Assembly (NCBI GenBank): GCA_963976365.1
Contig: CAXBKH010000005.1
Span: forward strand, 1,730 to 65,729
Reading direction: 5' to 3'
DNA from: an uncultured bacterium
Lineage (GTDB): Bacteria; Pseudomonadota; Gammaproteobacteria; Steroidobacterales; Woeseiaceae
DNA: 64,000 nucleotides
Shown here in pieces: positions 21,515 to 30,006 of the stretch; position 1 is the first letter of the stretch, and each line of letters begins with the position of its first letter. The notes under the pieces were generated by a model. The model made no database searches. It saw only the letters and a program-made list of their open reading frames with translations, and was not told the origin of the DNA. The position numbers and the translations under genes were made by a program.

Positions 21515-21640
21515 CGTTCAGCATTGTCAAAGCAGCTGTCCTGCTGGTCCCACCGGCGTTCAGCACTGTCAAACCAGCTGTTCAACTGGTTCCACCAGCG
21601 TTCAGCATTCTCAAAGCAGCAGGGCTTTGTGCCCCGCGCG
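21515..21640. repeat. 3 x 42-bp head-to-tail tandem repeat
   Basis: Units start at 21515, 21557 and 21599 with CGTTCAGCA(T/C)T(G/C)TCAAA(G/C)CAGC. Units 1 and 2 are 35/42 identical. Unit 3 matches unit 1 at 22 of its first 24 nt and diverges afterwards. Each unit contains a short hairpin, for example ACCAG-ctgttcaa-CTGGT. Confidence 0.8.
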
Positions 21641-21927
21641 GTCACCTAGATTGGACACCTTGTCCGGCAATCCGGGTCGGTGCGCCCGTGGGCGTTTTCG
21701 TAACTCAGTAACCAAAGGAGGTAGATATCCACTCAAAAGCAACTGGCCCCAGAGGCCAACAACTGGTAGCCGCCGACGGCGCTCAAAAGAGGGCCCCGGC
21801 GAACCGAATCACGGCTTCAGGCCGTATGGGACTGGTGTCCCTAGACCTTATCCGATTCTGAATCGGACCTCGTCTGCTTAACAGGCGACGAGGTGGTCAT
21901 CAAAACTAACCGACCGAGCTACGCACC

Positions 21928-22794
21928 ATGAAGGACCTGAACTATCAGTTGATGAAACTCTGTAAGGCAAACCGGGATGGAAGTTTTTCCACCCAGGCGA
22001 CACGACGACGAATACTCGATCGGATCGCCAACCAGTTGCACGAGCTGGGTTACAAGCACATGCAGGCGAAATCACTAAAGCCGAAACACGTTGAAGTCCT
22101 GGTCTCCCTGTGGAAAGACCAGGACTTAAGCGTCGGCACGCTGAAGAATCTACTCTCGGGCTTGCGCTGGTGGGCCAGGCACGTTGGCAAACCCGACATC
22201 ATTCCTAAGAACAATGACGCCTTCGGCATCGGCAAGCGCAGCCAGGTCGCCGAGGAATCGAAGGCCTGGGAACTCAAAGAAGCGCAGTGGGAGAAGATCT
22301 CCGACCCATACGTCCGCTTGAGCCTCCACCTGCAGGCGGCCTTTGGCCTGAGACGCGAGGAGGCGATCAAGTTCCGGCCCAACTACGCGATCAAGGACGA
22401 TCACATCAAGCTGAAAGCCAGCTGGACCAAGGGCGGTCGAGCCCGAACCGTGCCGATCCGGACGGACGAGCAACGCCGAGTCCTTGCCGACGTCAGGAAA
22501 CTCGCCCGGGGCGGCGCGCTGATCCCGCCGAACAAGAATTTCATAAAGCAACGAAATCACTACGACCGCCAGGTCCGCAATGCGCGGATCAAGAACCCGC
22601 ACGGCCTCCGGCACGCCTACGCCCAGCGACGCTACGAGGAGCTGACGGGCTGGAAAGCGCCGCTCGCCGGTGGCCCAGCGTCGAAATCCCTCACCAACGA
22701 TCAACGCGCGCGTGATAAGGGCGCGCGCGAGATGATTTCTCGAGAGCTGGGCCACGGTCGCGAATCCGTGTCAGCCACCTATCTCGGTCGATGA
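21928..22794 (+). CDS. Short tyrosine recombinase (phage-integrase fold, no N-terminal arm-binding domain)
   Basis: 288-aa ORF. Catalytic signature candidates are R in AFGLRREEAIKF, H-x-x-R in PHGLRHAYAQRR, and H...Y in LGHGRESVSATYLGR. Confidence 0.75.
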   Translation: MKDLNYQLMKLCKANRDGSFSTQATRRRILDRIANQLHELGYKHMQAKSLKPKHVEVLVSLWKDQDLSVGTLKNLLSGLRWWARHVGKPDIIPKNNDAFGIGKRSQVAEESKAWELKEAQWEKISDPYVRLSLHLQAAFGLRREEAIKFRPNYAIKDDHIKLKASWTKGGRARTVPIRTDEQRRVLADVRKLARGGALIPPNKNFIKQRNHYDRQVRNARIKNPHGLRHAYAQRRYEELTGWKAPLAGGPASKSLTNDQRARDKGAREMISRELGHGRESVSATYLGR

Positions 22795-22990
22795 GCGCTC
22801 CTCGTACGCCCTCCCGTAGTACCAAGCGTGTTCCAGGACTGGAGCCTTCCGGACAGCAGGGTCATAATAGAAAGCGTACGCACGGAGCTGACAAGCCTGA
22901 CCAACGAATTGTGGCGCTTGTCAAACTGCTGGCCCGGCTCGCCGCAGAAAGGGACTTTCGCGACGATCCGCATGAAAGGTAGCGAAACTC

Positions 22991-24670
22991 ATGAGCGAAG
23001 CGAACGGTCTACGCGTAGCCATCTACGCCCGCTATTCAAGCGACTTGCAGAGCGACTCCTCCGTCGAGGACCAGGTACGACTCTGCACTGAACTGGCGAA
23101 ATCCAAGGCCTGGGAGGTCGTCGACTGCTACACCGACGCCGGCCTTTCCGGTGCCTCATTGATGCGCCCAGGCATCCAGGCATTGATTGCCGACGCACTG
23201 GCCGACAAGTTCGACGTGGTGCTCGCGGAAGCCCTGGACCGAATCTCCCGCGACCAGGAAGACATCGCCGGCGTCTACAAACGGATGGAGTTCGCGGGCG
23301 TGGAGATCGTCACGCTCTCAGAGGGCGCGATTTCCTCCCTGCACATCGGTCTGAAAGGCACGATGAATGCGCTGTTCCTGAAGGATCTCGCTGACAAGAC
23401 ACGCCGGGGCCTGCGCGGCCGTGTAGAACGCGGGAAATCGGGCGGCGGAATTGCCTATGGCTACGACGTCGTCAAACGCTTCGATGAGGAAGGAAATCCC
23501 CTGCGCGGCGACCGCTCCGTCAACGAGGATCAGGCAGCGGTTGTGCGGCGTATTTTCAAGGAATACGCGCGCAATCAATCTCCGCGGGCCATTGCCTCGC
23601 AGCTGAATACGGAGGACGTCCCCTCGCCTTCGGGAAAGACCTGGTCGCAATCAGCAATCAATGGCAACCGGCGGCGGGGCACGGGCATCCTGAACAACGA
23701 GCTCTATAACGGAAAGCTGGTCTGGAATCGCCAGCGCTTCATCAAGGATCCGGATACGGGCAGGCGCGTCACCCGGCTCAACGATGAACGCGAGTGGATC
23801 ACACAGGAGGTTCCCGAGCTGCGTATCGTTCCCCAGGAGTTGTGGGACAAAGCCAAAGCCCGGCAAAAGGACCTCGATGCGAGAAAGCCCGGCCTGTGGC
23901 GAAGAAACCGACCACGCTACCTGCTCTCCGGCCTCATCAAGTGCGGCGAATGTGGCGGCGGATACTCCAAGATCAACACCACCCACTACGGGTGCTCAGC
24001 TACCAGGAACAAGGGTGAGAGCGTCTGTACGAACCGGAAGACGATTGCACGAGACAGGTTGGAGGGCGCGGTGCTTTCAGCCCTGCAAACACACCTGATG
24101 CGTGCGGATCTCGTCGAAACCTTTTGCCAGGAGTACGCGCAACACCTAAACGAGCTCAGGACTGCCCAGCACCAGGCTCAAATCGCTAAGAAGTCCGAAC
24201 TGCGCCGACTGAAGAAAAGGCAGGAGCAAGTCATACAGTCGATTTACAACGGCGTCGACGTCAGAATGATCAAGGACGAGTCGAAGTACATCGCAGATCG
24301 GCTAGAAGAGCTGGAAGCTGAAGAGTCTCAGCAGCAAGAGCAACCGCCGCCCAAACCGCTAGTGCATCCTGCGATGGCGAACCGCTATCGAGACGAAGTA
24401 GAGAACCTAAAGGAGGCGCTGAATTGCAACAACGTGCGTGCGGAAGCGTCAGAACACCTGCGCTCGCTCATCGGGAAAATAGTGCTGACACCGGAACCAG
24501 GACGAGAAGAGCTGCGAATCGATCTTCACGGGGATCTGGCTGGAATCCTGCAAATTGCCAGCCAGAAACGAGCTCGGCCCGGGAAAACGCTCCTTTTAGG
24601 CGAGTCCGGGCCGAACAAGATAGCGTTGGTAGCGGGGGCAGGATTTGAACCTGCGACCTTCGGGTTATGA
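22991..24670 (+). CDS. Large serine recombinase (resolvase/invertase N-domain + recombinase domain + zinc ribbon + coiled coil)
   Basis: 559-aa ORF. It has the catalytic N-terminus LRVAIYARYSSDLQSDSSVEDQ and the recombinase domain YGYDV...NEDQAAVVRRIF. The Zn ribbon is CGECGGGYSKINTTHYGCSATRNKGESVC. The last 44 nt (24627-24670) are antisense to tRNA-fMet. Confidence 0.9.
   Translation: MSEANGLRVAIYARYSSDLQSDSSVEDQVRLCTELAKSKAWEVVDCYTDAGLSGASLMRPGIQALIADALADKFDVVLAEALDRISRDQEDIAGVYKRMEFAGVEIVTLSEGAISSLHIGLKGTMNALFLKDLADKTRRGLRGRVERGKSGGGIAYGYDVVKRFDEEGNPLRGDRSVNEDQAAVVRRIFKEYARNQSPRAIASQLNTEDVPSPSGKTWSQSAINGNRRRGTGILNNELYNGKLVWNRQRFIKDPDTGRRVTRLNDEREWITQEVPELRIVPQELWDKAKARQKDLDARKPGLWRRNRPRYLLSGLIKCGECGGGYSKINTTHYGCSATRNKGESVCTNRKTIARDRLEGAVLSALQTHLMRADLVETFCQEYAQHLNELRTAQHQAQIAKKSELRRLKKRQEQVIQSIYNGVDVRMIKDESKYIADRLEELEAEESQQQEQPPPKPLVHPAMANRYRDEVENLKEALNCNNVRAEASEHLRSLIGKIVLTPEPGREELRIDLHGDLAGILQIASQKRARPGKTLLLGESGPNKIALVAGAGFEPATFGL
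24626..24639. repeat. Putative island junction (attR) inside tRNA-fMet 3' end
   Basis: TTGGTAGCGGGGGC is identical to 7113-7126. Confidence 0.6.
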
Positions 24671-24703
24671 GCCCGACGAGCTGCCAGACTGCTCCACCCC
24701 GCA
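24627..24703 (-). tRNA. Initiator tRNA-fMet (anticodon CAU)
   Basis: The reverse complement is UGCGGGGUGGAGCAGUCUGGCAGCUCGUCGGGCUCAUAACCCGAAGGUCGCAGGUUCAAAUCCUGCCCCCGCUACCA (77 nt). It is near-identical to E. coli tRNA-fMet. The anticodon stem has three G-C pairs (GGG/CCC), positions 1 and 72 are unpaired, and CCA is encoded. Confidence 0.93.
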
Positions 24704-24749
24704 TCGGCGAACGGCATAGTACGCAGCCTGTTGCGTCATTACAAGGGGG

Positions 24750-26198
24750 TTAGCTCAATATTCGGATACACAGCGCCAACAGCGAACCCGGGACGATCCC
24801 CAGGGCCAAAACGGCCACGGAATTGAGACTCAGGACCACGCGTGTATCCGTACCGGCCTGCAGCACGGCCTTATCTTCGGCCTCCTCGAAGTACATGTAC
24901 CAGATGACCCTGAGGTAGTAGTAGGCGCCAACGACGGATGCGAGGACCATCAGGACGGCCAGACCGGTGAATCCGGCATCGACGACGGCACTGATGGCGT
25001 TCAGCTTGCCAAAAAAGCCGATGAAGGGCGGCACGCCGGCCAGGCTGAACATCAGGAACATCATCATCATCGCAAACCACGGGCTGCGTGCGTTCAGGCC
25101 CTTGAAATCGGCGAGGTTTTCGGCGTCGTAGCCGCGCCGGCTCAAGAGGATGACCATGCCGAAAGAGCCGGATGCCGCGACGAGGTAGGTCAGCGTGTAA
25201 AACAGCGCCGCGGCGTTACCCTGCTCAGTGCCGCAGAACAGGGCCAGCAATATGAAGCCGACATGCGCAATCGTTGAATACCCCAGCATGCGCTTGATAT
25301 TGGTCTGGGCGATTGCAACGAAATTACCGACCAGAAGCGACAACACGGCGACCACCATGATCATTGAGGCCCAGGTCTCGTGCAGCCCACCCAGGCCATC
25401 AACCAGGATGCGCAGGAACAAGGCCAGTGCCGCCAGTTTCGGCGCCGTTGCCAGGTACAATGTCACCGGCGTACGCGCTCCCTGGTACACGTCGGGCAGC
25501 CACATGTGAAACGGTACCGCGCCGAACTTGAACGCGATGCCGACGATCAGGAACGCCAGTCCGAACCACAATGGCAGGTTATTCAGCGAGGGGTCCGACG
25601 TGATAGCAGCCGCGATTTCGTGAAACTGCAGGCTTCCTGTAACGCCATAAATCCATGAAATACCATAGAGCAGGCAGCCGGACGCAATAGCGCCGAGAAT
25701 AAAGTACTTCATTGCCGCTTCTGTCGAATTCACGTTGTTGCGATCAATCGCCACCAGCGCGTAGAGCGACAACGACAAGGTCTCGAGACCCAGGTACATC
25801 GTCAGCAGGCTGTTCGCCGACATCATGATCATCATGCCGAGCAAACCAATCAGCCCGAGCAAATAGAACTCACCGCGGTGAATTTCGTTTGCGGACAAGT
25901 AGTCGCGTGAGTACATAAACGTTATGCCGACAAAAATAACGGCCGCCACCTTCAGGATCTGCGACAACGGGTCACTGATATAACTGCCGCTGAATATGAC
26001 ACTGCTCGTCGTCGGCGACGTCCAGTTCAGCACAACCAGCATCGCCACCAGCGACAACATGCTGATCCAGTAAGTCCGGACCCGGTTCTCGTCGTCAATA
26101 AACAAATCGGCGATCAGCACAATGCAGATCAGGCCAAGCAGCGCGATCTCGGGTGCCGCAACGAGATAATCCGTCCAATTCATAATATGACCCGTCAC
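24750..26198 (-). CDS. nuoN: NADH-quinone oxidoreductase subunit N
   Basis: 482-aa polytopic ORF and the last gene of the nuo operon. The GTG start overlaps the nuoM stop (GTGA). The alternative ATG at 26183 is possible. Confidence 0.93.
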   Translation of the reverse strand: MTGHIMNWTDYLVAAPEIALLGLICIVLIADLFIDDENRVRTYWISMLSLVAMLVVLNWTSPTTSSVIFSGSYISDPLSQILKVAAVIFVGITFMYSRDYLSANEIHRGEFYLLGLIGLLGMMIMMSANSLLTMYLGLETLSLSLYALVAIDRNNVNSTEAAMKYFILGAIASGCLLYGISWIYGVTGSLQFHEIAAAITSDPSLNNLPLWFGLAFLIVGIAFKFGAVPFHMWLPDVYQGARTPVTLYLATAPKLAALALFLRILVDGLGGLHETWASMIMVVAVLSLLVGNFVAIAQTNIKRMLGYSTIAHVGFILLALFCGTEQGNAAALFYTLTYLVAASGSFGMVILLSRRGYDAENLADFKGLNARSPWFAMMMMFLMFSLAGVPPFIGFFGKLNAISAVVDAGFTGLAVLMVLASVVGAYYYLRVIWYMYFEEAEDKAVLQAGTDTRVVLSLNSVAVLALGIVPGSLLALCIRILS

Positions 26199-27715
26199 AG
26201 CTTGGTCCGCCCTACTTGTTCGATCAGTTGTTCAATCGTCACGTTCATCATGTCAACCAGTGGCGCGGGCCACAGACCAACCAACAGTACGCTGACGGCA
26301 AGAATCGCGAGCACAAGAAATTCGCGACCGTTAAGGTCTTTCAGGGCAGACACCTTGTCATTCGCAACCTCGCCGTAGATGACCCGTTTCACCATCCAGA
26401 GCGTATATGCCGCTCCCAGGATCAGCGTGGTCGCCGCCAGGAACGCATACCAGAAGTTCGCCTTAAAGCTCGCGATGATGACCATGAATTCACCGACAAA
26501 CCCGGAAGTACCCGGCAAGCCGGCGTTGGCCATTGAAAACAGCACCATGAACGCTGCGAATGTCGGCATCGTATTCGCGACGCCTCCGTAGTCGGCGATC
26601 TCGCGGCTGTGGACTCGGTCATAGAGAACCCCGACGCAGAGGAACATGGCACCGGAAATCAATCCGTGTGAAATCATTTGCACTATGCCACCGGTTACGC
26701 CGAGACCCGCACCGGAGGTTCCGTCGAAGGACCAAAGGATAAACAGACCCAGCGTAACGAAACCCATGTGAGCGATCGATGAATAGGCAATCAGCTTCTT
26801 CATGTCTTTTTGCATCAATGCGACGAAACCGATATAGACGACCGCTATCAAGGACAACGCGATCATCATGCCGGCAAAATACTGGCTGCCATCAGGGACG
26901 ATCGGCAATGACAGGCGAATGAACCCGTAGCCACCCATTTTCAACATGATCGCTGCCAGGATGACGGAGCCGCCGGTCGGCGCTTCAACATGCGCATCCG
27001 GCAACCAGGTGTGTACTGGCCACATCGGTACCTTGACCGCAAAGGCCAGCAGGAATGCCACGAAAATCAGTTTTTGCGCCGTCAGGGTCAGCGGTGCATC
27101 CATGAACCCGAACAGGTCGAAATTGCCCGTTTGCCCGTACAGGTAGATAAATGCGACGAGCATCAGCACCGAGCCGAGGAACGTGTACAGGAAGAATTTC
27201 AAGGTCGCGTAGATACGTCGCTTGCCGCCCCAGACACCGATGATCAGGAACATCGGAATCAGCATTGCTTCCCAAAATACGTAAAACAGCAAAGCATCAA
27301 GCGCCGAGAAAACGCCGACCATCAGACCCTCAAGAATCAGGAACGCTGCGAAATACTGCGCGGGTCGATTGCGGATAGTATTCCAGCCAGCAATGACAAC
27401 CAGTGGCGTAATAAAGGTCGTCAGCAGGATCAGCGGCGCGGAAATTCCGTCGACTCCCAGTGCGTAAAACACCCCCAATGATGCAATCCACGGCGTCTTT
27501 TCAACAAATTGCATTCCGGTCGCGGCATTGTCGAAGCCAACATAAAGCGCGATGCTGATCAGGAAGGTGACGACGGTTATCGAGAGCGCCGCAATGCGCA
27601 TCATTCCTGCGCGCGGAGATGCGGCATCATTGTCATCACCAACAGCGACCAATGCCGCACCGCCGACGATCGGCAGCCAGATCAGAATACTCAGTAAATG
27701 TTGCGAAAATTCCAT
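26195..27715 (-). CDS. nuoM: NADH-quinone oxidoreductase subunit M
   Basis: 506-aa antiporter-like subunit in the conserved position between nuoL and nuoN. Confidence 0.95.
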   Translation of the reverse strand: MEFSQHLLSILIWLPIVGGAALVAVGDDNDAASPRAGMMRIAALSITVVTFLISIALYVGFDNAATGMQFVEKTPWIASLGVFYALGVDGISAPLILLTTFITPLVVIAGWNTIRNRPAQYFAAFLILEGLMVGVFSALDALLFYVFWEAMLIPMFLIIGVWGGKRRIYATLKFFLYTFLGSVLMLVAFIYLYGQTGNFDLFGFMDAPLTLTAQKLIFVAFLLAFAVKVPMWPVHTWLPDAHVEAPTGGSVILAAIMLKMGGYGFIRLSLPIVPDGSQYFAGMMIALSLIAVVYIGFVALMQKDMKKLIAYSSIAHMGFVTLGLFILWSFDGTSGAGLGVTGGIVQMISHGLISGAMFLCVGVLYDRVHSREIADYGGVANTMPTFAAFMVLFSMANAGLPGTSGFVGEFMVIIASFKANFWYAFLAATTLILGAAYTLWMVKRVIYGEVANDKVSALKDLNGREFLVLAILAVSVLLVGLWPAPLVDMMNVTIEQLIEQVGRTKL

Positions 27716-27728
27716 ATTCGTCCCTGGG

Positions 27729-29699
27729 CTACCGCAGCCAAATCAACCAGGCCAGCAAAGCGGTAAGGCCAATAATCATCGCAAATGCGTAGGTGTACAG
27801 ATAACCGGTCTGGATGTGGCGCATGACTCCGGCCAGTCGCCGCACCGAATTTGCTGTCCCGTTTACCAGCAGGCCATCGATCAGAAATTCGTCACCCCTC
27901 TTCCACAAGAACTGTCCGAGCTTGCGACCGCCCGCGGCAAAGCCCTTGATCCAGAGATCGTCAAAATAATATTTGCGGTCCAGCAAATTGTAGATCCCGG
28001 AAAACTTGTTTTTGATGGTCTCGGGAATGTCGGGTCGTTTCAGGTACAGGAACCAGGCTGTCAACACACCCAATGCGGCGAGGTAAAAGACCGGCGACGC
28101 GTAAATATGCATAACAAGTGCGGCTGGACCATGCCAGAAGCTTCCGTCGAGCCGTGCCAGGACATCGTGAACGGACTGGACCTGAATCGCATCGCCGAAA
28201 AAACCACCAAACAAAACGGCGTCTGCTGTGAACCAGCCAATAATGGCTGACGGTATGGCCAACAGCACCAACGGCACCGTGACCACACGTGGCGTCTCAT
28301 GTAAATGCGATTTGGTTTCGGCATCCATGCGCTCTTCGCCGTGGAACACCAGGAAAAACATGCGGAATGAATACAGGGCCGTAACGAACACACCCAGTAG
28401 CACGCTCAGGTACGCGATCCAGTAGACGGCACCCTGACCTTGCCAGTGCGATTCCTTGACGGCCTCGATCAACAGGTCTTTCGAAAAGAATCCGGATGTA
28501 CCGGGGAAACCGATCAGCGCCAGCGACCCAACCAATGACGTCCAATAGGTCAACGGCATGTACTTGCGAATGCCGCCCATCTTGCGAATGTCCTGCTCGT
28601 GGTGCATTGCGATAATGACGGAACCGGCGGCGAGGAACAGCAAGGCCTTGAAGAACGCATGGGTCATCAGGTGAAAAATGGCCGCACTGTACGCCGATGC
28701 ACCCAGCGCAACGGTCATGTAGCCCAATTGCGAAAGCGTCGAGTACGCAACAACACGTTTAATGTCGTTCTGCACGATACCCAGCAGCCCCATGAAGAAC
28801 GCCGTTATCGAGCCAATGACGATCACAACAGCCAGCGCAGTTGTCGATAACTCGAACAATGGCGACATACGGGCCACCATGAAAATACCGGCAGTAACCA
28901 TGGTTGCCGCATGGATCAACGCCGATATCGGCGTCGGACCTTCCATCGAGTCCGGCAGCCAGACGTGCAGTGGTGCTTGTGCTGACTTGCCCATCGCGCC
29001 AATGAACAGCAGGATGCAGATGAGCGTCATGGCATTCCATGGCGTGCCACTGATCACCTCTACGTCCTGTGATGCGATCGCGTCGGCGCTTGAGAAAACG
29101 GTGGCGTAGTCCAGTGAACCGGTAAACATGACGACACCGGCAATACCAAGAATAAAGCCAAAGTCGCCCACTCGGTTAACCAGGAATGCCTTCAGGTTTG
29201 CAAAGATCGCAGATTCACGCTTGTACCAGAAACCGATCAGCAGATACGAGACTAGGCCCACCGCCTCCCAGCCAAAAAACAGCTGCAGGAAGTTATTCGA
29301 CATGACCAGCATCAGCATCGAAAATGTAAACAACGAGATGTAGCTGAAGAATCGCTGGTAACCAGGATCGTCGTGCATATAGCCAATGGTGTAGATGTGC
29401 ACCATCAACGACACGAACGTCACCACACACATCATCAGCGCCGTCAATCGATCAACCAGGAAACCGACTTCCATGTGCAGGCCATCGGTTACGGCCCATG
29501 TATAGACGCTGATGTTCTCGCTGCTCGCCCCGCCCCAGAACATGTTTTTGAGGACAAGCAGAGACAGCAGGCAGGAAATACCCACGCCGATTATCGTCAC
29601 CCAGTGTGCCCCGGCGCGGCCAATCTGTTTGCCCGCAAGACCCGCGACAATCGCCGCCGCAAGTGGTGCCAGAACAATGGTCAGGTAATAGTTGTACAT
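27729..29699 (-). CDS. nuoL: NADH-quinone oxidoreductase subunit L
   Basis: 656-aa antiporter-like subunit with a long C-terminal extension, in the conserved position. Confidence 0.95.
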   Translation of the reverse strand: MYNYYLTIVLAPLAAAIVAGLAGKQIGRAGAHWVTIIGVGISCLLSLLVLKNMFWGGASSENISVYTWAVTDGLHMEVGFLVDRLTALMMCVVTFVSLMVHIYTIGYMHDDPGYQRFFSYISLFTFSMLMLVMSNNFLQLFFGWEAVGLVSYLLIGFWYKRESAIFANLKAFLVNRVGDFGFILGIAGVVMFTGSLDYATVFSSADAIASQDVEVISGTPWNAMTLICILLFIGAMGKSAQAPLHVWLPDSMEGPTPISALIHAATMVTAGIFMVARMSPLFELSTTALAVVIVIGSITAFFMGLLGIVQNDIKRVVAYSTLSQLGYMTVALGASAYSAAIFHLMTHAFFKALLFLAAGSVIIAMHHEQDIRKMGGIRKYMPLTYWTSLVGSLALIGFPGTSGFFSKDLLIEAVKESHWQGQGAVYWIAYLSVLLGVFVTALYSFRMFFLVFHGEERMDAETKSHLHETPRVVTVPLVLLAIPSAIIGWFTADAVLFGGFFGDAIQVQSVHDVLARLDGSFWHGPAALVMHIYASPVFYLAALGVLTAWFLYLKRPDIPETIKNKFSGIYNLLDRKYYFDDLWIKGFAAGGRKLGQFLWKRGDEFLIDGLLVNGTANSVRRLAGVMRHIQTGYLYTYAFAMIIGLTALLAWLIWLR

Positions 29700-29700
29700 A

Positions 29701-30006
29701 TCAACCTTTCAGCGTATTCAGCTCTTGCACCGCGATCGATCGACGATTGCGGAACAGCACCACAAGAATAGCGAGGCCGATTGCTGCTTCGGCCGCTGCG
29801 ACTGTCAATATAAAGAAGACAAACACCTGCCCGGTCTCGTCACCGAGGTAGCGTGAAAATGCGATGAAGTTGAAGTTGACGGCGAGCAACATCAATTCGA
29901 TACACATCAATAACAGGATCAGGTTTCGACGATTGATAATGATGCCGGCAATGCTCAGGACAAACAGCATGGCGGCGAGGCTAAGGTAGTGCTCGAGACC
30001 GATCAT
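29701..30006 (-). CDS. nuoK: NADH-quinone oxidoreductase subunit K
   Basis: 101 aa with three TM helices. Motif: [26 protein letters not shown]. Confidence 0.95.
   Translation of the reverse strand: MIGLEHYLSLAAMLFVLSIAGIIINRRNLILLLMCIELMLLAVNFNFIAFSRYLGDETGQVFVFFILTVAAAEAAIGLAILVVLFRNRRSIAVQELNTLKG

Noticed and set aside
21515-21640. Possible CRISPR array
   Set aside because: The 42-bp units are directly contiguous with no unique spacers. There are only three units, and the third has diverged. No cas genes are present in the window.
22150-22755. 201-aa minus-strand ORF opposite the tyrosine recombinase
   Set aside because: It is a shadow ORF of a gene with a clear R...HxxR...Y signature, and it has no motifs of its own.
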